This document shows, piece by piece, positions 14,709-27,032 of a stretch of DNA of 44,821 nucleotides (positions are counted from its first letter, which is position 1; every line of letters starts with the position of its first letter). A model generated the notes under the pieces. It saw nothing but the letters and a program-made list of their open reading frames with translations, did not search any database and was not told where the DNA came from. The position numbers and the translations under genes are program-made. Source of the stretch: Octopus bimaculoides (Eukaryota); the NCBI RefSeq assembly GCF_001194135.2, contig NC_068992.1:29313688-29358508 (forward strand), given 5' to 3'.

Positions 14709-15102
14709 TACATTATTTACATTATTTACATTCGACGGATATTTGTCCTCATCCGCGGGCATATGGCGTAGTGGTTAAGAGAGCGGGCTAGGAACCCCAA
14801 GATTCCGAGTTCTATTCCAAGCAGTGGCCTGAACAATAACAACAACAACAACAACAACAACAATACTACTACTACTACTACTACTACTAATAATAATAAT
14901 AATAATAGTAATAATAATAACATCGAAAAATACCTAAGGAATGAGAACCCAGGTTCGAAATTTCCCCAAGACACCTGAAGAAGGCTGCAGGGTGTATCAG
15001 CCAAAACTTTGTGTTTACAACAAACTTGATGAAGATAGATATCCTGTCGAATGTAAATAATGTAAATGATGTACATAATTCCTCATCTCTTAAATATAGA
15101 AC
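14709..15102 (+). mobile_element. Composite non-autonomous retroelement: inverted tail piece, tRNA-like head, microsatellite, hammerhead-bearing tail (copy A)
   Basis: 14709-14753 is the reverse complement of the tail; A box TGGCGTAGTGG at 14764-14774; B-box-like GAGTTCTATTCC at 14807-14818; (AAC)(TAC)(AAT)n at 14832-14920; tail 14921-15102 nearly identical to 37834-38023 and to the reverse complement of 36731-36880. Confidence 0.85.
14970..15015 (+). ncRNA. Minimal type I hammerhead ribozyme, mutated (probably inactive)
   Basis: GACAC-CTGAAGA-A-GGCTG..CAGCC-AAAA-CTT-T-GTGTT; G12->A and G16.2->T relative to the intact copy at 37883. Confidence 0.7.
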
Positions 15103-15104
15103 AG

Positions 15105-15140
<36 letters not shown>

Positions 15141-15176
15141 CAGACATATCATTTATGTGTGTGGGTATTGTCACTA

Positions 15177-15225
<49 letters not shown>
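15177..15225. repeat. (TCTA)n microsatellite
   Basis: Direct reading. Confidence 0.95.
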
Positions 15226-15374
15226 CACACACACACACATATATATATATATAGGGAGAGAGAAAGAGAGATAAATAGATAGATAAAAGGATAAAGGTAG
15301 AAAAAGGAAGAGTGAAAGTGCCGTATATATAGACACACACACATATGTATGTGTGTTTTTGTGTATACATATAT

Positions 15375-15425
<51 letters not shown>

Positions 15426-16054
15426 TAGTGACAGAGAAAGACAGAGCGGTATAAAGAAAGTGAAAGTACAGTCAAGGGAAGAAAGGGAAGAGATGGTGTT
15501 AATCATGTGTTAGTCTTGGTGCGCTAGAGCTGAAATGATTAAATGGATAAAGTGTTGGACGACCGGCTTCCAAATTGAGAGCTAAATCCCCCTTCCAGTG
15601 ATTTCTAGTATTCAAAACAGATCACTTTATTCTGCATTGCTATTAATCACCAACTTTGCAAGAGAAGAAATATTAAAAGTTGAGATAAATTTAGGAAGAG
15701 GTACTTGCATCTTGTCTGGCAAGGGATTGGTAGTCTTTATCCACTGACATTTCAAAAGCTCAACTTTTTGATGAGGATGCTGTTTCATGAAAGGAATTTA
15801 TCCTAAATTATTGGTTTACGTAATAGAGATATAAGGATGTAATGTTGCATCAAGTTTCCTTTTGATTGAGAGAAGCAGCAGATATTTAAAGAAATACAAA
15901 TAACTCAAACCATAGAATATGATTTATGTCGTGAGAAAGAATAAAAATCTAACTTTTCGGATGCTTACACTTCTTCACAAAGAGAAGGAAAGAGAAATGT
16001 AGAGAAAGAAAGAAGGAAATGGAGGGAGAGGGGAGAGAGAGAGTGATAGAATGT

Positions 16055-16092
<38 letters not shown>

Positions 16093-16231
16093 TACAGGGA
16101 GAGAGAAAGGGAGATACAGGGAGAGAGAAAGGGAGAAAAAAACCCAGGAGAACGGTATATTAGTATGTGTTGGTGCGAGAAGTGTATGAGATGGTGAGAG
16201 TATTGTTGGACGTAGTGTGAAGAGTTTAGAG

Positions 16232-16280
<49 letters not shown>

Positions 16281-17991
16281 TGTGTGTGTGTATCTGTGTG
16301 TGTGTATATGTTTGTGTGTGTTGGAAGTGGGTGAATTGTGTGGGAATGTGGGAGGAAGTGTAATTATTGTGGGATGTGTATTATGTGTGAAAAAGTAAAA
16401 TGTAGAAGAGGAGATTCGGAAAAACAGTAGGAATAAGTTACTGCTACACAACTGAATAGAAAATCTTCCCAGTTTCTATTCATATGGAGAAAAATCATGC
16501 GAAGTAATGTTTCTTTCAATATTTCTGATTACATAGAAAGAAATTATATTCTACCGACATTCAAAAGCAAATCTCGAGAGACGTGTGCATTTGTGCTCGA
16601 TCTGTTAAAATTAGTAACCAAATCTCCATAAAGTTTGATGCAAAGTTGGCACCGATACGATTTTAGCCAACGTATCTAAAAATGAAACTAAACACTGCAA
16701 AGTACAAACAACAGGTCATTAAAAGCCGAGGAAGCCACAGTAAAGTCGTTCACTCTGCTAGAAATAACAGCCAAAAGTCTCTCAATTCCTAAGGTTCCGT
16801 CGTAATCAAAGTAAGAACATCTTAAGTAATATTGTCCCATCTTACATAGAAAAAAAAATTGGACATATATGAACAAAGTTAAAATGTTTTCGAAAATAGA
16901 AATATATTCTATGAAGGCTAACCAGAGACGAAACAATAATAGTAGACTGATAAAATAGCCGTATTGCTAATTTTCACAGAGACTGAATTATACACACTGC
17001 GATGATTGAACCAATGATTGAACCAATATTTCGTACTTATACAATGAAAGTAAGCAAGTAATCTGAAAAACGTGGTGGAATTCTACAACCAATAATACAC
17101 GGACGCACGCATGCGGTGTGCTTATGGCTGTACGTTTTATCTCATGGGACTTGAATAAGCAGCGAGAAGCGAAACTAGTCACAGTTAGCGCCTGTATGCT
17201 ATAAATTTCACTTTACCGCCAAAACTAAATCCTTTAATCTGGGAATTTTACTTTTAACATAAAACCCCTGCATTGGAGCGTACACATACACAGACACAGA
17301 CAGTCACGCACATATTCAAAAACATGTACACATATTCACACATACACATGCATTGTATATAAAGATACAAAACGATACGATATTAATAGTCTGAACATAT
17401 TTTTCGATTGGGTACATTTGGTGGATTTATTGAATATTACTTTTAAACTTTACAACATAATACAGAACCCTTCAACTACGAACACCTCATCTCGTGCAAC
17501 AATTTTATGGCTATCAACAAATTTCTTCACCCTTGAGCTATCCAGATAATTGAAGTCATATTTTCACTATAAATACGTTCATCCGTCAGCTTGTCTATCT
17601 AACAATAAAACAATACGCAGACACCTTCTCACAGAAAACTACATTATAGAAGTGTTCTCATGTCCACGTGTAAGGCATAAAAATGCTTGCAAAAGTTATG
17701 AGTAGTGCATTAATTCTAATTTCTTCTGACTATCTTACATCAAAGATGCCTTTATGGCTATGTGGTTTCGAGTACTATCTTTGCCCTGTGTACAAATTTC
17801 AAAGACAGAAGTTATGCAGCCCTGTGTGTGTGTGTGCATGTGTGTGTGCATATATATATATATATAGANNNNNNNNNNNNNNNNNNNNNNNNNNNNNNNN
17901 NNNNNNNNNNNNNNNNNNNNNNNNNNNNNNNNNNNNNNNNNNNNNNNNNNNNNNNNNNNNNNNNNNNNNNNNNNNNNNNNNNNNNNNNNNN

Positions 17992-18046
<55 letters not shown>

Positions 18047-18199
18047 TGTATACATACATATATGTATACATGCATATATGTATTCATACATATATACATA
18101 CATACATATGTATACATATAAACAATATATGAGTATATGCATATATATGTACATGTATGTACATACCTTCATCTACATGTACATATAGATACATAATTG

Positions 18200-18485
18200 G
18201 GTACATGACGTGGCAAAAGAACATGGACAAAATGATAAACAAGGTACAACAAACAAGCGAGCCACATAGAAACATCTCCTTCATCAGCTGCCACCATTAA
18301 AACACCGGCGTTTCGAAGAATTAACGCAGTACGCATCGTTGAAATGGTTCTTCCCACGAACACAAATTAAATTATTTTCGTGGAGGGTAGTGGCGAACGG
18401 AAAACGAGACAGGAAAACGAAACGGCGAATGATCAAACAAGCAAAAAGGCTGTACACCCAGACGTGAAGTGTATATGTATTGAAC
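18200..18485. repeat. Unclassified interspersed repeat; its last 86 bp recur at 19272-19357
   Basis: Complex GC-richer island between microsatellites; 82/86 identity between 18400-18485 and 19272-19357. Confidence 0.5.
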
Positions 18486-19360
18486 CCTGTGAAGCACGAA
18501 CAGGAGGGTCAAAGAAGTACGTGCGAGCTTGGGGAGTCCAAGAACGAAAAGAAATAGCAGCCGGACACACGTGACCAAGGCTGTGTAAAGAGAGAGAGTA
18601 AGAGTAGTAGAAGGAAAAGAAGGGGAGGAAGTAGAATAAATGTGAGCAACGAGAGGTAGAGAGAGAGAAAGAGATAGTAGTAGTAACGGTGAGAGGCGAA
18701 GGACGAGTAACAAGAGATAGAGATAGAGAGAGAGAGAGANNNNNNNNNNNNNNNNNNNNNNNNNNNNNNNNNNNNNNNNNNNNNNNNNNNNNNNNNNNNN
18801 NNNNNNNNNNNNNNNNNNNNNNNNNNNNNNNNNNNNNNNNNNNNNNNNNNNNNNNNNNNNNNNNNNNNNNNNNNNNNNNNNNNNNNNNNNNNNNNNNNNN
18901 NNNNNNNNNNNNNNNNNNNNNNNNNNNNNNNNNNNNNNNNNNNNNNNNNNNNNNNNNNNNNNNNNNNNNNNNNNNNNNNNNNNNNNNNNNNNNNNNNNNN
19001 NNNNNNNNNNNNNNNNNNNNNNNNNNNNNNNNNNNNNNNNNNNNNNNNNNNNNNNNNNNNNNNNNNNNNNNNNNNNNNNNNNNNNNNNNNNNNNNNNNNN
19101 NNNNNNNNNNNNNNNNNNNNNNNNNNNNNNNNNNNNNNNNNNNNNNNNNNNNNNNNNNNNNNNNNNNNNNNNNNNNNNNNNNNNNNNNNNNNNNNNNNNN
19201 NNNNNNNNNNNNNNNNNNNNNNNNNNNNNNNNNNNNNNNNNNNNNNNNNNNNNNNNNNNNNNNNNNNNNNNGAAAACGAGACAGGAAAACGAAACGGTGA
19301 ATGAACAAACAAGCAAAAAGGCTGTACAGCCAGACGTGAAGTGTGTATGTATTGAACGCT

Positions 19361-19402
<42 letters not shown>

Positions 19403-19443
19403 TAGATATATATATATATATATGTATATATGTATACACACTC

Positions 19444-19506
<63 letters not shown>

Positions 19507-19906
19507 GTATATTGCATTTATCCTGGAATAGTTCAACAAAGAGAGCACTCCATCTGATGAGAGTCAAATAATGAAATAATGATCACAATACTTGTCTTCG
19601 GGCGCTACTAATAGTTTTACGTGTCCGAAAATCTAATCATGTTCTTTATCGCAATCGACGCTTCGTGCAGAACTAAGAACTTTAAATATGGCATGGGACA
19701 TGAGAGAACGCGAAAAAATGTGAAAAAAAAAATGGTAGTATGTAGAAAATTGTAACTTCTAACCGGAAAACGAACCTAGCAGACCTGATGTAAATGCGAG
19801 GTAGAGAGATGAGAGAGTGGAGTGAACGGGCAATAAGTATTTTGCGGAATACATCCCAGAAGACAAAAACTAAAAAGGACTCAAAACAGGTGTAAATAAA
19901 CTGTGC

Positions 19907-19944
<38 letters not shown>

Positions 19945-20302
19945 NNNNNNNNNNNNNNNNNNNNNNNNNNNNNNNNNNNNNNNNNNNNNNNNNNNNNNNN
20001 NNNNNNNNNNNNNNNNNNNNNNNNNNNNNNNNNNNNNNNNNNNNNNNNNNNNNNNNNNNNNNNNNNNNNNNNNNNNNNNNNNNNNNNNNNNNNNNNNNNN
20101 NNNNNNNNNNNNNNNNNNNNNNNNNNNNNNNNNNNNNNNNNNNNNNNNNNNNNNNNNNNNNNNNNNNNNNNNNNNNNNNNNNNNNNNNNNNNNNNNNNNN
20201 NNNNNNNNNNNNNNNNNNNNNNNNNNNNNNNNNNNNNNNNNNNNNNNNNNNNNNNNNNNNNNNNNNNNNNNNNNNNNNNNNNNNNNNNNNNNNNNNNNNN
20301 NN

Positions 20303-20358
<56 letters not shown>

Positions 20359-20692
20359 CGTATGTATGTATGTATGTAAGAATGTATTTGTGTGTGTCTT
20401 GTATGTGTGTGTCGAAACACTTATGTCGTTGTTTTATCGCCAGTTCCCTTATGATTCTGTATTTGACGGCTGGACAATTAGTGGTTGATAATATAAACAG
20501 CAGCCTGAAGTGAACTAAAATTTTTGAAGGTGGCCACTCATTATGGCTTTTTCCAAAAGCGGAATTCAGCAAACGAAAACCGTATTACGAATACAAGGGC
20601 TCAAGTAAGTAATCATTCATCCTTACATTCATATACAAACGCATAAGTGCATACACACATAGACCATTACATACATAAATAAATAGGTTTGT

Positions 20693-20733
<41 letters not shown>

Positions 20734-21637
20734 TGTGTGTGCGTGCGTGTGCGTGCGTGCGTGCGTGTGTGTGTCTGTATGTGTGTGTGTGTGCATGCGT
20801 GTTTCTTCTGTATTTTGAACGGTTTTGAAGCTCTTGCTCGAAGCTTTGACGTGAAAGGAGGAAATTAGAAGGAATCTACTGTTAGAATTTTCCATTGAAA
20901 AGTAACGGATTGTGTTTTGAAAAATGCGAAAGAGATTTACCATCGCTTCCTTTGAAAATGTCGAAGAATATATGGATGTACTGCTTTCTAATAATCCGTT
21001 TCAATCTATAGATATAGACTCGTTAATCGAGCAGTAAGTAAATGAGTTTGCCTCTACACAGTCACTAAACCTGCATTATATCATACCTTCCTGTCTTAAA
21101 TAAAGGACACATTGAACATCATTAAGTAGCTGCGACAAAATATCGACGTTATGATGGAAGGTATAGACAGTAACTAAAACAAACTGGTATGCCATCATTG
21201 GTGAAACCAAAAGTAAAAGAATGAACAAATAGAACAACACACTACAGAACAACACAGTAATGCAAAACAGTCACAAAATAACACAGAATACATTCAACAG
21301 CTCATTAACACAAAGAATCACAGAATATACATTAATACACTGAAACAAAAGATAAAAAGCCTGCACATTATATTCATATACTTTTTATGAATACTTTTTC
21401 ATGTACATTTTATATAAATTTCAAGTAATGTTTATAAAATGTATTTTTATAACAATGTGTGATGTATTTATGATCATTTGATTTTTTTTTTCTGTTACAA
21501 ACCGAACAAATATTTAAATAAACAAAAGAAACGCCGTAAATATACATATATGCTAAAAATATATTTTGTATTTAGATATTATATTAAATATAATTCATTA
21601 AATATACATATAAAATGTACTTAATATATTATACATA

Positions 21638-21705
21638 GGTGGCTCAGCAGAATAGTTAAATCGTCGAACTGAGCAATAAATCTCGCCACTCCGTGTTTGA
21701 ATCCC
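21638..21705 (+). mobile_element. Possible highly decayed tRNA-derived SINE head
   Basis: A-box-like TGGCTCAG and B-box-like GTTTGAATCCC at tRNA-like spacing; no intact cloverleaf. Confidence 0.3.
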
Positions 21706-22179
21706 TCTAACATTCATACTTTGAACACCAGTCATGTACTGGAGCCGTTTTAATCGATTATTCCTTCTTCTTACTCAGCTTTCCTCGCCTCGTGCCTATA
21801 TAAGGATGTTCACAACGCATTAGCTGTTAAATAAATGTGGTTTCTTACATAGTTTTAAAACCAGATTAAGCCATTTTAATTCATTTTTCCTCCTCTACCC
21901 AACTTCCCTAACCTTATGGTTATATAAAAGTTATACAATGCATTATCTGTTGAATATATGTAATTTTATCCGTATTTTAAGAACTAGATTGACTCTATTC
22001 TCTTTCTTATCCATCATTACCCTCCTTTCCCGCACTCTCCACAATATTACTCTCAACATAAACATCATGACTTTTATTGCTGTAATTGGATTTTACATCC
22101 AACCTTTCATCAATGACTAAGTTCCAAGTATTTTTTATTAACCCAATTGAATAATATGTATATATACTTATATATATCT

Positions 22180-22215
<36 letters not shown>

Positions 22216-22312
22216 GAGTGTGTGTGTGTATGTATACATACTTATACGCATATATATGCACACGCATACGCACACGCATATACATGTAAAATTATATATA
22301 TTTTTATCTTTA

Positions 22313-22503
22313 TGTTTCAGTTGTTTGTGGTCATAATGGGGCACCACTTTGAAGGGTTTATGTCAAATAAATCGTCTGAAGAACTTGTTTTATAAGCCTG
22401 GGTAATCCTTCCACCGATCTCGCTGGCCGCTAAGTTACCGGGACGTAAACAATCCTACACCGGTTGTCAAGTGGTTTTGGGTAGAAAAATCAAACACAAA
22501 GAC
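22313..22503 (-). mobile_element. Degenerate 3' part of tRNA/CORE-like SINE
   Basis: Reverse complement aligns by eye with 27640-27845 (e.g. TAAGTTACCGGGACGTAAAC, CCGGTTGTCAAG, GGGGCACCAC). Confidence 0.65.
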
Positions 22504-22915
22504 GTGTCAACACACGCGTACAGAGATATTTACAAGGCAGCCTTTGTTCCAAGCGTTCTCAAAGACATCATAATCTTACTTTGACATAGATACAACAATG
22601 CTTATTTCCACTTAGTGTTTTACGTAACACCGGTCCACGTTGGGACGATTTTGTAGTATTCAGTTTTCCCAAGAGAAAAATTTGCAAGCAACTCGCTTAA
22701 CGACTCTCTTCGTTCTCCAAATATGTTAATCTCCTACTGCGCGTGAGCAGCACAATATAGCCGTTTCTGGGCAAGAAAGGTGGCGAAATGTACAAAGATG
22801 TATATATTTAGTGTTGTTTTTCTCCCTCTTCACTGCTCCCCTTCTGAGTACATTGTGTACGTGTGTGTATGTGTCTGTATGTGTGTATATATATACATAT
22901 ATATCCTTGTTCCGC

Positions 22916-23017
22916 GGCTATTGTAGAAGATACTAGCCTAAGGTCCCATGCAGTTACACTGAATAAAGAACCATGTGATTGGGAAGCAAGCTACTTACCG
23001 CATAGCTACGGCTGCGC
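22916..23017 (-). mobile_element. tRNA-derived SINE head (same family as 44660-44771)
   Basis: GCTATTGTAGAAGATACTAGCCTAAGGTCCCATGCAG...GGGAAGCAAGCTACTTACCGCATAGC aligns with 44673-44770. Confidence 0.75.
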
Positions 23018-23496
23018 TTATAGCTCTGTATATCAGTACGATATTAGCTCGTATAGATATTTCTTCTCATTTTATGACAGCAGATAGATGTTTGAACGAG
23101 ATTTATCGACCACGTTAAGACAATATCATTGACTCATATGTAACACTTCGTTCACTAGATATGTTAATCTCGATTATTGATAATTTGTTTGCTTGTTTTA
23201 ATCAACAATTGCCATATTACGTCTAGCCTACTCTACCACACTGTTTATTTAAATATTAAAATACAGTGTAATTTCTTGAGTAGAACATTTTACAGTATCG
23301 TTTGAAGCACGTAGAGACACTACTTTAGAAACACTTTAAATTCTTTCATGACTATATCAAGATGATGTTTAAGTTCTTTACGTATCATTTTGCAGCAAAC
23401 GAACAAAGTGGGCCATATATTCTCCTAGATTATAGACGGCATTCTTCATACTGTTAGTATTGAGTAATTGATCATAAGCAGATACTAGGTGACTTT

Positions 23497-23538
<42 letters not shown>

Positions 23539-24010
23539 CTCTCTCTCTTATTCTCTCGTTCTCTCCCTTTGTTTCTCTTTAAACTTATCTTATGCGCCTT
23601 CATGTCACTCTCAAACTGCACATGAATTGGCATGTTTTGGTTTATCTCTAATTCTAATTGTGCTTTATATTCTCCTTTATTATATTCAATGTTATTCCTT
23701 TCTAAGTTGGAAGCAGATGCTACACATATGAGTAATAGCCCTACAGTAGCTGTAAGATATATAGATTTTTGCGTATACTCGTTACACATTCCTAAACATT
23801 TGTCCGACCATTTCCTCACTAGATTGATGTTAGATAGTCGATGAGTAGATAAATGATGCTTGGCTATAACATAATATTCCCAGCAGATCTGTTTAATATA
23901 TCTCGTATCGCTTTTGTATAATATTTTGATAGTCGAACGGTATCGTACAACTGCCATTGCCCCGTGATTAACTGAATTAGTATGCTTTCGAGCATTGAAT
24001 TAGTAGTTCT

Positions 24011-24086
<76 letters not shown>

Positions 24087-24139
24087 TGTGTGTATATATA
24101 TATATGTGTGTGTGTGTGTATATATAGGTTCATACACAG

Positions 24140-24177
<38 letters not shown>

Positions 24178-24253
24178 GTTTTTATACATATGTAATTATA
24201 TCTGCATCTGAATCTATCTTCACTCACACAAGCGCACACACACGCACGTACAA

Positions 24254-24311
<58 letters not shown>

Positions 24312-24520
24312 GGAGAGGGAAGAGAGAGAGAGAGGGTCAGAGAGGCATACACAGAAAGATAAATTTACATATGCTTATATATGTATGAATATATGTGTGT
24401 ATGTGTATATACATATGCACACAAGCACACACACATACACACATATATGTATATACATATGTGTATGTTACAATTTGATATATACTTACCAACAAAATCG
24501 AGAAAATAATTGGAAGTGTA

Positions 24521-25380
24521 TACGAGATTTGATCAATAAGTATCCGGAACGTTGCCTTAGTAACAAAACTAAATCACGCAGGGTCAAGCTGCTAGGCACA
24601 ACCTGAATTTGAGCTCTGCTGTTCATGTGCACTAAGTTTCAAAGTCCTAGTACGCTTTCGCTGTTTACAGCAGTGCTTGAAATAAATGCGTATAGCATGT
24701 GATCGTCGCATTGATCATGACAGAGAAAGGTGATATTGCTCAGAGGCCTACACAAAATTGCAGAAAGTGTATGGAGAGAAGTGTATGAGACCTACACTAG
24801 TGGTTCAGACGTTTCAAAGATGTCCGAAAAAATGTTGATATTGACGAACGTTCTGAGAGACCCGCAACAAGAAGAACTAAGAAAAATATGTGTGCAGCTG
24901 TGAGGGAAAAATCGTCGAATCACCACCCGTGAGTTATCAGAGGATGTGCAGATTAGTTACGATTCAGTTCCGTCTATTATCACTGAAGATTTGGGTATGA
25001 GACGCGTGTCTGCCAAGTTTCAGCCCAAACTGCTTTCAGCTAACAAAAAAGACACTCGCGTTTCAGGTGCACAAGATCTCCTTTATTGTGTCGAGGACTA
25101 TGAAAAGTTCTGAAAATTTTGCGCAGGCCTCTAAGCAGGTATGGCGAAGCTTTTGGAAAAAAATTGATGAAAATTTTCTGCTCAACTTTCACTGTCATGG
25201 TCAATGTGACGAAGACACGCTGCACACCTTCCATCTAAGTACTGCTTTAAATACCAGAAGTGAGCGAGAACGTTAAAGGTTAGTATGAAAGTCAATCTGT
25301 GCCAAGCGGCTACAGTCAGGGTACTTTAGCTTCGTTACTATTGCAACAGTCCGGACACTTCTATCCAGACCACTTCTATA
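24521..25380 (+). mobile_element. Internally deleted mariner (Tc1/mariner) DNA transposon
   Basis: ~45-bp imperfect TIRs (24521-24564 and 25334-25378) in TA context. Frameshifted transposase N-terminus at 24740-25113: SEAYTKLQKVYGEKCM / WFRRFKDVRKNVDIDERSERP / NRRITTRELSEDVQISYDSVPSIITEDLGMRRVSAKFQPKLLS (HTH region and WVP-equivalent linker). No DD34D domain present. Confidence 0.9.
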
Positions 25381-25640
25381 TATAATTTTGTTCTATGTGT
25401 GCCATAAATATCGGCATCCGTTTTAGAGAAAAATTTGTAGTTTAGAATCAGTAGTTCTTTGACTGATATTTCTAAATTTTCAGTATGTTGGAGAAGTAAC
25501 TCAATGCTAATCCCTGTATATTTATGATGATAAATGGTTTTACCGATAAAGGTTTTTTCATACTGAACTACTTGGCAAAATTGTTAATTATTAATTCTAT
25601 TACTAATTGACGATTCCCTGCCCTTATTCTTGTCTCTCTC

Positions 25641-25675
<35 letters not shown>

Positions 25676-25685
25676 NNNNNNNNNN

Positions 25686-25763
<78 letters not shown>

Positions 25764-25768
25764 CATTC

Positions 25769-25948
25769 TACAGAACATTAAAGGGAATTCTCGAACACAG
25801 GATGGCTGTGAAGACAACTTAGGTAAAATGTGGCCAGCAAGCCTCTAATGAGGCTGTAACTTTTTTCCCGTCTTATAAGGGTACTTACCCGAGTTTCTAA
25901 GTTGTCCTCACAACCACCCTGCGTTCGAGAATTCCTCTAATTTCTGTA
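25769..25948. mobile_element. Tc1/mariner-type MITE
   Basis: TA-CAG...CTG-TA ends; ~53-bp imperfect inverted arms at 25769-25822 and 25897-25948. Confidence 0.75.
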
Positions 25949-26388
25949 TAATACAGACTCATTCGGCGTTCTTCAATTTTCTTACAAGTAACACACACAC
26001 AGAAATACACACACACACACAAGTATATATATGTACATGCATACACACATATATGCATATACATATGCATATAAATATTATATATACAATACATATATAT
26101 ACATATATATATATACATACATATGCTCACACATACACACACATGTATATATATATACATATACATATGAATATGAATATATAAATATGTATATATACAG
26201 TACATACATACATATATATACATACACATACATATATTTATATATATCTGTGTGTGTGTGAGTCTTTGTGTGTGTATATTTGTGCGCGCTTGTAAGCGTA
26301 TGACTAGAAGTGTGTATATGAATATGCATAGACTCATAAATAAATGCATTCAGATATGATTATATACATACATATAAACATACACATA

Positions 26389-26735
26389 TCTATATACCAT
26401 AACTACCGGAAGTCAGGCACGTATTTGTGAAATAACTGTGTCCTTCGTCTGGCGCATATCATAGCCAGAAATTAAAACTTAATCAATAAGCGCGTTGGCG
26501 TGAACAAAGCTATTGTTTAATATCCCAAACTCACCCTCCCACGCTTATCTGTAGTTTTACTACTACGATGCATCAAAAGATATAAAACATAATGCGCTTA
26601 ATATAATTATTTTTAATGTAATAAAGTTTATACTTGAAACAGCTGCCCTCACATTACAAGAGACATCTTAAATTTAATCTCTGTTTTTCGATAACCCGTT
26701 GTTATCAACGGGTTATCGTTTTTAAAGAAAACTAG
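26389..26735 (+). mobile_element. Putative non-autonomous Helitron
   Basis: A|TCTATATA at the 5' end; perfect 13-bp hairpin CGATAACCCGTTG-TTAT-CAACGGGTTATCG at 26689-26718; CTAG|T 13 nt downstream; no TSD. The 5' boundary is less certain. Confidence 0.55.
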
Positions 26736-26982
26736 TAATGAAATCTAGTTATGTTGCAAACATTTATACAGCTCATTGCGATACCAATTCAAGCAACCTG
26801 CAGAACTACATTAATATAGTCCCTTTGCCTTCTTGTAGTTGTATTGTTAAAATTAATTGCTCATTTAAAGGTAATTATCATCCAAATGTTTTAACCCAGT
26901 TTGTTGAAATCCAACCCAACAATGACAGTACTCTAGAGACATAGCATTCTCACCGAGAGTGACTTTAAATTCCGATTTTACC

Positions 26983-27032
<50 letters not shown>

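Noticed and set aside
14757-14830. Functional tRNA gene
   Set aside because: A and B boxes are present, but there is no convincing acceptor stem or T4 terminator, and it is embedded in a repeat; interpreted as a SINE head.
18265-18325. Hammerhead-like motifs on the minus strand (GAAAC ... CTGATGAAGGAG) in type II order
   Set aside because: No stem I hairpin and no valid NUH with a closing stem; the geometry does not fit.
19550-19590. CTGATGA...GAAA motif
   Set aside because: No stem I or stem II pairing.
23496-23957. 153-aa minus-strand ORF as a standalone gene
   Set aside because: Ends in a (GA)n-derived tail and has no recognisable domain; only part is kept as a speculative exon.
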